A stretch of DNA of 64,000 nt from a virus, in the IMG/VR virus record IMGVR_UViG_3300031963_000016, positions 64,001 to 128,000 of that record; one strand, given 5' to 3'. The notes under the pieces are model-generated. The model did not search any database. It saw only the letters and a program-made list of their open reading frames with translations, and was not told where the DNA came from. The translations under genes and the position numbers were made by a program. Every line of letters starts with the position of its first letter. Position 1 is the first letter of the stretch. Shown piece by piece: positions 20,394-28,546 of this stretch.

Positions 20394-21311
20394 ATGGCTG
20401 CTATTACTACGAGAGCTATAGAAGCGATAACAGGCACTGGCACTATAACCGCAACTACATCTAGTGCGACTGTTACTGGCTCTGGCACTCAGTTTACAAC
20501 TCAAACATCTCCTGGGTTTATTTTAAAAACTACTGCAGGAGTAACGATAGGAATTGTTTCTAGCATAACAAGTGCGACATCTTTAACATTAACTGCTAAT
20601 GCTGCAGTTAATGTTACTAGTGAAACATATGGAATTGTTACTCCAGGTGTAACTTTAAAAAATTCTCCACTTTCTAACACTGAAATAGACAACAATTTTT
20701 TACAATTAGATTCTACCAAACTAGAACGAACTGCAAATTTAAGTGATCTTTCCAATGCTTCTACTGCTAGAACAAATCTTGGATTAGCTATAGGAACTAA
20801 CGTACAAGCATACGATGCTGACTTGGGTGCTTTGGCAGGATTAACTACAACAGGATATATTGTTAGAACTGGTGCAGGAACTGCATCTACTAGAACATTT
20901 ACTGGTTCCGTTAATGAAATTCTTATTAGTAATGCTGATGGCGTATCTGGTAATACTAGTATAACCATTGGTTCTAATATCCCAAGATTAAATGCTGCTA
21001 CAAATGTGTTTTCTGGAGACATAACTGCAGCAAACTTTAATTCATCATCTGATCAGAATTTAAAAAGAAATATTAAACCAATTGAAAATGCTACAGATAC
21101 TCTAAAACAATTAGAGGGTGTATACTTTGAATGGATTAAAACTGAAAAACCATCTTATGGTGTTATAGCGCAGAAATTAGAAGAAGTTCTTCCTGAATTA
21201 GTTGTAACACAGGATGGTGTAAAATCTGTAAACTATCTCGGCTTAGTTGCCTTTTTAATTAATGCAGTTAAGGAATTAGACTCCAGAGTGCAAGAATTAG
21301 AATCTAAATAA
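20394..21311 (+). CDS. Short tail fibre with C-terminal intramolecular chaperone (peptidase S74-like)
   Basis: SSDQNLKRNI, LKQLEGVYFEW, YGVIAQKLEEVLPELV, VNYLGLVAFLINAVKEL. Confidence 0.85.
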   Translation: MAAITTRAIEAITGTGTITATTSSATVTGSGTQFTTQTSPGFILKTTAGVTIGIVSSITSATSLTLTANAAVNVTSETYGIVTPGVTLKNSPLSNTEIDNNFLQLDSTKLERTANLSDLSNASTARTNLGLAIGTNVQAYDADLGALAGLTTTGYIVRTGAGTASTRTFTGSVNEILISNADGVSGNTSITIGSNIPRLNAATNVFSGDITAANFNSSSDQNLKRNIKPIENATDTLKQLEGVYFEWIKTEKPSYGVIAQKLEEVLPELVVTQDGVKSVNYLGLVAFLINAVKELDSRVQELESK

Positions 21312-21313
21312 AT

Positions 21314-21321
21314 TATAAATA
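21314..21321 (+). promoter_or_regulatory. T4-type late promoter (TATAAATA)
   Basis: Perfect T4 late consensus in the intergenic space, with a second CTAAATA at 21304. Confidence 0.8.
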
Positions 21322-21355
21322 AAGAAGTAAACGCCGAGTTCTAAAGGGAGCGAAG

Positions 21356-21616
21356 ATGGCAATCAAAATTCAAAATACAACTGTCATAGACGACAGTAGA
21401 AATGGCACTTTAGTTAGTCTAGAGCTAACTGGCACAGGTGCTTTAAAACTCCCAGTAGGCACAACAGCACAAAGACCATCCCCAGATCAGCAGGGGCATA
21501 TTCGTTTCAATACAGATACAGGAACTATTGAAGGATATGGTCTAGCTGGAAATGGTACTGGTTGGGGCGCAGTTGGTGGCGACGATGCCTTGGCTTTAGC
21601 AATTATAGGTTTATAA
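21356..21616 (+). CDS. Small fibre-associated structural protein
   Basis: LKLPVGTTAQRP...HIRFNTDTGTIEGY module, also seen in ORF 25698. Confidence 0.7.
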   Translation: MAIKIQNTTVIDDSRNGTLVSLELTGTGALKLPVGTTAQRPSPDQQGHIRFNTDTGTIEGYGLAGNGTGWGAVGGDDALALAIIGL

Positions 21617-21632
21617 ACGGAGAACAATAAAA

Positions 21633-22595
21633 ATGACTGTTAATATCTCAGCATTGGAAACAATTATCCAATCAAAAATGAACGCTTTAACAGCGGGGAG
21701 TGATAGTAAAGAAGTTATCTATCTCGCTAAAGCATTAGAAGCACTTGACAGCGGTGTTTTAACTACTTATGCTTTATACTCTAGTTTACCTGCTGCAGCC
21801 GATTCTACAGGACGTGTTGTATATGTCGCAGATACTTCTAAAGTGTATTATTCTAATGGTTCTACATGGGTTGTTTTATCTACTGCTCAAGATCCAAATT
21901 TCCAAATTAATACTCTTGGTGTAGAAGTATTAGAGACTGAAGATTATCTATTAATTACTAATGCTGTTACTAGCTCTGAAGATTGGGATTTAATTACTAC
22001 AACTCCAACTTCCACTGCAGATAATTTTCAACTTTCTTTAGTAAATAAAGGAACACAGGGTGATATTTATATCGATCCAACTTGGTTTACTTTTACAGTT
22101 TATGATGGTGTTACACGTGCTGGTGTTAAACATTTAGCTGCACATAAAAATAACATTGATTTTGATAATATGACTGCAACCCAGCAAGGTGTAGTTCATC
22201 TTATTAAAAATGATAATACAACTATACCGCTAGGTACTCCAACTCCTATACCATTTACTTCTGCAAGAATTCTTGATACTAGATTAGGTTCTTTTAGTGC
22301 AGGTTATTACACTACTAATTATGAAGGTTGGTATAAAGTAGCATTTTCTGCTTGGACCGATGGCGATGTTTACTTTATGCTTGGTGGTTCTTTATCTGCT
22401 CTAGATAATAATACAGTTACTGCTCCAGAAAACTGGGTTTCTGTTACTCGTGTTGTTTATTTGCAAAAATACGAAGCACTAAGATTGTATGCTATGTCAG
22501 ATGGTATCGGTACGTTAAGCACTAGAATTGTTTATGGTAATGATTACAACCATCCAAATATGACTCAAATGACTTTAGAGTATCTTGGAAAATAA
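21633..22595 (+). CDS. Putative virion fibre/adhesin protein
   Basis: SD GGAG; LPAAADSTGRVVYV...VYYSNGSTW module, acidic EDYLLIT/EDWDLIT motif, beta-rich C-terminus. Confidence 0.65.
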   Translation: MTVNISALETIIQSKMNALTAGSDSKEVIYLAKALEALDSGVLTTYALYSSLPAAADSTGRVVYVADTSKVYYSNGSTWVVLSTAQDPNFQINTLGVEVLETEDYLLITNAVTSSEDWDLITTTPTSTADNFQLSLVNKGTQGDIYIDPTWFTFTVYDGVTRAGVKHLAAHKNNIDFDNMTATQQGVVHLIKNDNTTIPLGTPTPIPFTSARILDTRLGSFSAGYYTTNYEGWYKVAFSAWTDGDVYFMLGGSLSALDNNTVTAPENWVSVTRVVYLQKYEALRLYAMSDGIGTLSTRIVYGNDYNHPNMTQMTLEYLGK

Positions 22596-22618
22596 TTATT
22601 TGGAAATAAGGAAATAAT

Positions 22619-23299
22619 ATGTCAAAACAAGTAAGATTTAGAAGAGGTACTACTGCACAGCATTCTACTTTTACTGGTCCAGCTGGAGAAATTACAGTAG
22701 ATACAGATAAAGATGTTTTAGTAGTTCATAATGGTGTAACTGCTGGTGGTATACCAATTGCTCGTGCAGATCGTCCACGTGGATGGACTAGAACTGAAAT
22801 TTTTACAGCCAATGGTACTTGGACACAAACTGGTAAAACAGATATAAAAAGAATAATTGTTACCGCTCACGGAGGTGGTGCTGGTGGTTCTACAAACGGA
22901 TTAACTGGTGGTTCACAAGGTGGAGTTGGCACTGTGGTTTTAGAAACTTCAGCTATCACTACAACTGTAGCTGTAACAATTGGTTCAGGTGGTGCAGCTG
23001 GTGCAGCTGGTGGTACAACTTCTTTTGGAACTTATATTAGTGCAACTGGTGCTGCAGCATCTTCATCTGGCACTCCTGGCGCACCTGGAACACCAAGCGG
23101 TACAGGCGTTATAAATCTTGGGTCTCAGGGTGCTATATCATCTGGTTCATCTAACAATGGTGGTCAAGGTGGTGGACTAGGTGGTGGCGGTGGTAGCACT
23201 GCAATTGCTGGAAAGGGAATTTTTGGTAGTGGTGCTTCTGGAAATGCCGCTGGGTCAACAGGTTCCATTATTGTGCAAGAAATATATGGATTTGTATAA
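22619..23299 (+). CDS. Mtd N-terminal domain + glycine-rich domain fibre protein, paralogue 1
   Basis: N-terminus (QVRFRRGTTAQHSTFTGPAGEITVDTDKDVLVVHNGVTAGGIPIAR) closely resembles the Bordetella BPP-1 Mtd N-terminus as recalled; Gly-rich C-terminal domain. Confidence 0.8.
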   Translation: MSKQVRFRRGTTAQHSTFTGPAGEITVDTDKDVLVVHNGVTAGGIPIARADRPRGWTRTEIFTANGTWTQTGKTDIKRIIVTAHGGGAGGSTNGLTGGSQGGVGTVVLETSAITTTVAVTIGSGGAAGAAGGTTSFGTYISATGAAASSSGTPGAPGTPSGTGVINLGSQGAISSGSSNNGGQGGGLGGGGGSTAIAGKGIFGSGASGNAAGSTGSIIVQEIYGFV

Positions 23300-23316
23300 T
23301 ATAAAGGATAGCTAAT

Positions 23317-24018
23317 ATGTCAAAACAAGTAAGATTTAGACGAGGTACTACAGCGGAACACGCTACTTTTACAGGAATTGCAGGTGAAGTTACTGTAGAT
23401 ACTACTAAAGTTGTTCCTGTAGTGCATAATGGAAGTACAGCAGGTGGCATTCCTTTACAAAGAGAAGATCGTCCACGTGGTTTTACAAGAAGAGAAATTT
23501 TCACGGCTAGCGGTACTTGGACACAAACTGGTAAAACAGACTTAAAACGTGTTAGAGTAACTGCCTATGGAGGTGGTGCTGGTGGTGCTAGTGGTAATAG
23601 CGGTGGTGGTGGAGCAGGTGGTATTGGAATGGTTATGCTTGAAACATCTTCATTAACTACTAACGTATCCGTAACAATTGGTTCAGGTGGTGGAGTAGGT
23701 GTCGCAGGTGGTACAACTTCTTTTGGAACTTATATTAGTGCAACTGGTGGTGCAACAGGTTCTGGTCGATCTGGTGGAGCTGGCGGAACTGCCTCTGGAA
23801 CTAATGTGCTTATTTTAGGTGGTCAAGGTGGTGGTAATGCTATGAATGGATCTGGATGGGCTGGTGGCCATGGAAATAACTATACAGCTGCTGGTGGTGG
23901 TCCAGGTGGTGGAAGATACGGACAAGCAGCCAATGGAATTTTTGGTGGCGGTGGTGGCGGAACTGCAGCAGGAGTTGCTGGGTGTGTTATAGTTGAAGAA
24001 ATTTATGGCATGGTTTAA
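23317..24018 (+). CDS. Mtd N-terminal domain + glycine-rich domain fibre protein, paralogue 2
   Basis: Same architecture as 22619; identical first 24 nt. Confidence 0.8.
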   Translation: MSKQVRFRRGTTAEHATFTGIAGEVTVDTTKVVPVVHNGSTAGGIPLQREDRPRGFTRREIFTASGTWTQTGKTDLKRVRVTAYGGGAGGASGNSGGGGAGGIGMVMLETSSLTTNVSVTIGSGGGVGVAGGTTSFGTYISATGGATGSGRSGGAGGTASGTNVLILGGQGGGNAMNGSGWAGGHGNNYTAAGGGPGGGRYGQAANGIFGGGGGGTAAGVAGCVIVEEIYGMV

Positions 24019-24032
24019 TAGGAGTGATATAA

Positions 24033-24767
24033 ATGTCAAAACAAGTAAGATTTAGACGAGGTACTACTGCTCAACACGCAACTTTTACTGGTGCATTAGG
24101 AGAGGTTACAGTAGATACAGACAAAAATGTAACTGTTGTTCATGATGGTACACTAGCTGGTGGTTATCCTTCTGGCAGAGAAGATCGTCCACGTGGATGG
24201 ACTAGAATGGAAGTTTTTACTACTGTTGGTGCTAATACTTGGACACAAACTGGTAAAACAGATTTAAGACGTGTTAGAGTAACTGCTTACGGTGGAGGTG
24301 GTGGTGGTTCTACTAGCGGATCTGGTGGTGGTGGAGGAGCAGGTGGAGTTGGTAGTGTAGTTTTAGAAGTTTCTTCATTAACTACTAACGTAACAGCAAC
24401 AGTTGGAGCAGGTGGTGCAGCTGGCGCAGCTGGTGGTACAACTTCTTTTGGAACTTATATTAGTGCAACTGGCGGTGCAGCAGGTTCTGGAAATGCACCT
24501 GGTCAGGGTGGAACTGCTTCTGGAACTGGTGTAATTATTTTGGGTGGTCAAGGTGGTGCTCCAGGAGATTCAATGTCTCAGGGAACAATTTATTATGGAT
24601 ATGGAGGTGGAGAGGGTTATAGTGATTCCCAATCTAATCGTGGTGGAGGACTAGGTGGTGGTAATACAGGAACCAATGCTAAAGGAATTCTAGGATCAGG
24701 TGGTGGTCGAAATGCTGCAGGATCTGCAGGTTGTGTTATCGTAGAAGAAATCTATGGATTAAGTTAA
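24033..24767 (+). CDS. Mtd N-terminal domain + glycine-rich domain fibre protein, paralogue 3
   Basis: Same architecture; SD AGGAG. Confidence 0.8.
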   Translation: MSKQVRFRRGTTAQHATFTGALGEVTVDTDKNVTVVHDGTLAGGYPSGREDRPRGWTRMEVFTTVGANTWTQTGKTDLRRVRVTAYGGGGGGSTSGSGGGGGAGGVGSVVLEVSSLTTNVTATVGAGGAAGAAGGTTSFGTYISATGGAAGSGNAPGQGGTASGTGVIILGGQGGAPGDSMSQGTIYYGYGGGEGYSDSQSNRGGGLGGGNTGTNAKGILGSGGGRNAAGSAGCVIVEEIYGLS

Positions 24768-24783
24768 TAGTAAGGAGAATAAA

Positions 24784-24999
24784 GTGTATAATATTGCTCA
24801 TATTAAAAATGGTGTTGTAGAAAATACTTGTGCTTGGGATACAGTTCCATCTTCTCAAGATTATGTTGGTGGATATGAATTAGTAAATATTACTGATAGT
24901 CCAGTTGGTATTGGTTGGGAATATGCAGAAGGTGTATTTACTGATCCAAATGATCTAACACGAGTGTGGACAGTTCCTGCTGAAACGCCAGCAGAGTAA
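24784..24999 (+). CDS. Small fibre-associated protein (GTG start)
   Basis: SD TAAGGAG; IAHIKNGVVENTCAWD...GIGWEY pattern seen in small partners of Gly-rich fibre genes. Confidence 0.7.
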   Translation: MYNIAHIKNGVVENTCAWDTVPSSQDYVGGYELVNITDSPVGIGWEYAEGVFTDPNDLTRVWTVPAETPAE

Positions 25000-25017
25000 G
25001 TTTTGGTGAAATAAAAG

Positions 25018-25043
25018 AAAATCCCTCTTCGGAGGGATTTTTT
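25018..25043 (+). terminator. Intrinsic terminator with UUCG loop
   Basis: AAAATCCCTC-TTCG-GAGGGATTTT followed by T-run. Confidence 0.9.
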
Positions 25044-25061
25044 ATTTGCATTCTCGTATAT

Positions 25062-25069
25062 TATAAATA
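25062..25069 (+). promoter_or_regulatory. T4-type late promoter (TATAAATA)
   Basis: Perfect consensus right after the terminator. Confidence 0.8.
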
Positions 25070-25094
25070 AGAAATGTAAATTAGGAATTCCATA

Positions 25095-25430
25095 ATGGCA
25101 ACCATCAGTAATCTTTATGTAGACGCTGGGGCTACTTACAGCAATATAATAACTGTAAGTGCAACTAATGGTCAAGCACTTAACTTGACTGGTTATACTG
25201 TTGCTTCTCAAATAAGAAAATCTTACAGTTCTAGCCAAGCGTTTAATTTTAATGCTTCAGTTTATGATGCTGCACTAGGAAAAATTCGCCTTCAACTTTC
25301 TCCAGGTCAATCAGAATCAATTCCTTCTGGAAGATGGCTTTATGATGTTGAAATTACATCTCCATCTGGCTCAAAAACTAGAGTTGTTGAGGGTATAGTA
25401 ACAGTAAACCCACAAATTACGCAGATATAA
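25095..25430 (+). CDS. Conserved phage structural/accessory protein
   Basis: NLYVDAGATYS, LNLTGYTVASQIRKSYSS, GRWLYDVEI, RVVEGIVTVNP: a recurrent phage beta-sandwich family. Confidence 0.7.
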   Translation: MATISNLYVDAGATYSNIITVSATNGQALNLTGYTVASQIRKSYSSSQAFNFNASVYDAALGKIRLQLSPGQSESIPSGRWLYDVEITSPSGSKTRVVEGIVTVNPQITQI

Positions 25431-25431
25431 A

Positions 25432-25683
25432 ATGACAGATACAGTAGTAGTCGTTCAGCCAGATGAGTCGTTAAATGTGGCAGTATCAGAAGGTGTCATA
25501 ACATTAGCATCAACAAATCTATCTACACCAGCAGTAGTAGAATCTTTAGATTCTGTTGCAGATGTTGATACAATAACTAATGGAAAAATAAATGGTTCTG
25601 TTCTGGTCTATAGAACAACAACAAATAAATGGACTTCAACGACCATCTTGGATGCGCAAGATGTAACTGGTGGTCAATATTAA
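25432..25683 (+). CDS. Small fibre-associated protein
   Basis: LDSVADVD...NGSVLVYRTTTNKW...VTGGQY fibre-like segment. Confidence 0.65.
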   Translation: MTDTVVVVQPDESLNVAVSEGVITLASTNLSTPAVVESLDSVADVDTITNGKINGSVLVYRTTTNKWTSTTILDAQDVTGGQY

Positions 25684-25697
25684 TCGGAGAATAAAAG

Positions 25698-28466
25698 ATG
25701 GCATCAATAATTAGAATTAAACGCTCTGGTACAGCTGGTAATCCATCAGTATTAGGTGCTGGTGAATTAGCATATTCTGCACAAACAGGTACACAAGCGA
25801 ATGGTGGTGATCGTTTATATATTGGTTTTGGTACAGAAACCGCAGGTGATGCAGCCAATCACTTTGTAATCGGTGGTAAATATTTCACCGATATGATGGA
25901 CCATGTACATGGTACATTGACAGCATCTTCTGTTCTAATCGCAGATGCTAATAGTAAATTAGATAATCTTAAAGTTGATAATCTTGATTTAAATGGTAAT
26001 ACAATTTCTTCTACTGATACTAATGGTAACATTGTATTAGATCCAAATGGTACTGGTTACGTTTCAATTGTTGGTACAAATGGTGTTGTTATCCCAGTTG
26101 GTACTACTGCACAACGTGGACCAACAGTACAAGGCACAATTCGTTATAATACGGATACTTCTGCATTTGAAGGATATTCTGGAACTCAATGGGGTTCATT
26201 AGGTGGTGTTAAATCTGTTGATGGTTTAACATACATTTCTGCAGAATTAAATCCAGGTGACTCTGATGACACAATTCGTGCATATACCAATGGAACATTA
26301 GCATTACAATTAGATACTGATTCTGCTCAATTTGAATCAAAATTAACAAATGTTAATATTGCTGCAACAACTACATCAACTAGCACTACCACAGGCGCAT
26401 TAACTGTTGCGGGTGGCGTTGGAATTGGTGGTGCTTTATTTGTTGGTGGAAATGTTACTGCAGCAAATATTACTGGTACAGGATTTAATCTTGGTAATAT
26501 TGGAATTACTGGTAATACTATTTCTTCTACAAATACCAATGGTGATATCAATATCACACCAAATGGTACTGGTAAGGTTGTTTTAACAAATCCATATGTT
26601 GGCGCAGATACTCTTGCTGAGTATATCTACGATACAGTCGGTGGCGCAGTTACTGGTGGTACTGGTATTACTGTTACAAATAGTGATGTTGGTAACACAT
26701 CTACAATTGCTATTGATAGCACAGTTGTTACACTAACTGGCACACAAACTCTTACAAATAAGACTTTAACTTCTCCAGTTATTGCTACAATTGTAAATAC
26801 TGGAACTTTAACACTACCAACATCTACAGATACTCTAGTTGGTCGTGCAACTACAGATACTCTTACAAATAAAACATTTGACACAGCTGGTACTGGTAAT
26901 GTCTTTAGAATTAATGCTAATCAGATTACCTCTTATGTTGGTTCTGGCGCAAATGTTGTTTTATCATCTTCTCCAACTATTACAAACCTATACACTACTG
27001 GTACAGGTATGTATTTTGGAGGTTCTACTTCTGGAACTACTCAGGTAATAGCACAGGCAACTGCTTCTGGTGTATTAACTTTACCTTCTGCAACAGATCA
27101 ACTGGTTGGTCGTGCAACTACTGATACTCTTACAAATAAATCTATCAGTGGTTCTACTAATACATTAACAAATATTCCAAATAATGCACTAACTAACAGT
27201 TCTGTAACTTTTGGTTCTACAACTGTTGCTCTTGGTGCTACTTCTACATCAATCGCTGGTGTTACTGAACTTACTGTTGATAATTTAAATTTCAATGGTA
27301 ATACGATTTCCTCTACGAATGCTAATGGTGATATTGTTATTAGTCCAAATGGGACTGGTAAAGTTGATGTTTCTGGTTCTATTATAACAGGATTAAATGA
27401 ACCTGTAAATGCAACTGATGCAGCGACTAAAAACTATGTTGATACTGTTGCTGAAGGATTGCATGTTCACGAGGCTGCAAGAGTAGCAACTACTGATACA
27501 CTTGCTACACTTTCTGGTGGTACAGTAACATATAATAACGGAACATCAGGTGTTGGTGCAACACTTACTCTTTCTGCTGGATTGACTGCGATTGATGGTG
27601 TAACATTAGCAAACGGCGATCGTATTCTTGTTAAGAATGAAAGTAATCAAGCACATAATGGTATGTATGTTCGTACCAGTTCTACTGTTCTTACTCGTGC
27701 TTCTGATTTTGATACTGCTGTTGAGATTGGTGGTGGTGACTTTACTTTCGTTGAACAAGGTACTACATATGCATCAACTGGTTGGGTTCAAACCTTTGAA
27801 GTATTGACTGTTGGTACAGATACTGTTATCTGGCAACAGTTTTCTGGTTCTGGTACATTTACAGCTGGCGATGGTTTAACTCTTTCTGGAACAACATTTA
27901 ATGTTGGTGGTACTGCAAATAGAATTACAGTAAATCCAGATAGCGTTGATATTGCATCAACATATGTTGGTCAAACTTCTATCACAACTCTTGGTACGAT
28001 CGCTACTGGTACTTGGCAGGGTACTGTAATTGGACCAACTTATGGTGGTACTGGTGTTAATAATGGTTCTAAGACTATCACTCTAGGTGGTAATTTTACA
28101 CATAGTGGTGCACATACTTTAACGCTAACTACTACTGCAAATACTAGCGTTACACTACCAACTACTGGAACTCTTGCAACTTTAGCTGGTACTGAAACAT
28201 TTACCAACAAAACTCTAACATCACCAACTATTTCTGGTGGTACAATTGATAATGCTTCAATTGGTGCTACAACTAGATCAAGTGGTGCGTTTACAACTCT
28301 AGCTGCAAATGGTGCTGTAACATTCACTGCAACAACTGCTTCTAGCAGTTCTACTACTGGAGCATTAGTTGTGTCTGGCGGTATTGGAGTTGGTGGTAAC
28401 ATTTATGGTGCTGGCGCAGCAACGTCTACATTAGATGGATTTACTATTGATGGTGGAACGTACTAA
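25698..28466 (+). CDS. Long tail fibre protein A
   Basis: IIRIKRSGTAGNPSVLGAGELAYS N-terminus; many TQTLTNKT/TDTLTNKT and GNTISSTN repeats; DRILVKNE domain; ends IDGGTY. Confidence 0.8.
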   Translation: MASIIRIKRSGTAGNPSVLGAGELAYSAQTGTQANGGDRLYIGFGTETAGDAANHFVIGGKYFTDMMDHVHGTLTASSVLIADANSKLDNLKVDNLDLNGNTISSTDTNGNIVLDPNGTGYVSIVGTNGVVIPVGTTAQRGPTVQGTIRYNTDTSAFEGYSGTQWGSLGGVKSVDGLTYISAELNPGDSDDTIRAYTNGTLALQLDTDSAQFESKLTNVNIAATTTSTSTTTGALTVAGGVGIGGALFVGGNVTAANITGTGFNLGNIGITGNTISSTNTNGDINITPNGTGKVVLTNPYVGADTLAEYIYDTVGGAVTGGTGITVTNSDVGNTSTIAIDSTVVTLTGTQTLTNKTLTSPVIATIVNTGTLTLPTSTDTLVGRATTDTLTNKTFDTAGTGNVFRINANQITSYVGSGANVVLSSSPTITNLYTTGTGMYFGGSTSGTTQVIAQATASGVLTLPSATDQLVGRATTDTLTNKSISGSTNTLTNIPNNALTNSSVTFGSTTVALGATSTSIAGVTELTVDNLNFNGNTISSTNANGDIVISPNGTGKVDVSGSIITGLNEPVNATDAATKNYVDTVAEGLHVHEAARVATTDTLATLSGGTVTYNNGTSGVGATLTLSAGLTAIDGVTLANGDRILVKNESNQAHNGMYVRTSSTVLTRASDFDTAVEIGGGDFTFVEQGTTYASTGWVQTFEVLTVGTDTVIWQQFSGSGTFTAGDGLTLSGTTFNVGGTANRITVNPDSVDIASTYVGQTSITTLGTIATGTWQGTVIGPTYGGTGVNNGSKTITLGGNFTHSGAHTLTLTTTANTSVTLPTTGTLATLAGTETFTNKTLTSPTISGGTIDNASIGATTRSSGAFTTLAANGAVTFTATTASSSSTTGALVVSGGIGVGGNIYGAGAATSTLDGFTIDGGTY

Positions 28467-28469
28467 ATA
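28462..28469 (+). promoter_or_regulatory. Late promoter (ACTAAATA)
   Basis: TAAATA core overlapping the stop codon of fibre A. Confidence 0.55.
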
Positions 28470-28473
28470 ACTT

Positions 28474-28495
28474 AGAGGAGATTTTTATCTCCTCT
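28474..28495 (+). terminator. Stem-loop (terminator or leader hairpin)
   Basis: AGAGGAGAT-TTTT-ATCTCCTCT; downstream U-tract is weak. Confidence 0.55.
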
Positions 28496-28546
28496 TCTTG
28501 GGGCTGTTTTTACAGCGCATCACCCTTCCTTTATTAAGGTATAGTA

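Larger units (their letters stand above)
22619..24767 (+). repeat. Tandem triplication of about 700-bp genes with identical DNA blocks
   Basis: 41-nt block at 23009, 23707 and 24432; 26-nt block at 22817, 23515 and 24237. Confidence 0.95.

Noticed and set aside
22619-24767. Diversity-generating retroelement suggested by the Mtd-like genes
   Set aside because: No reverse transcriptase or Avd gene and no non-coding template repeat in the window. Differences between copies include indels and are not confined to adenines.
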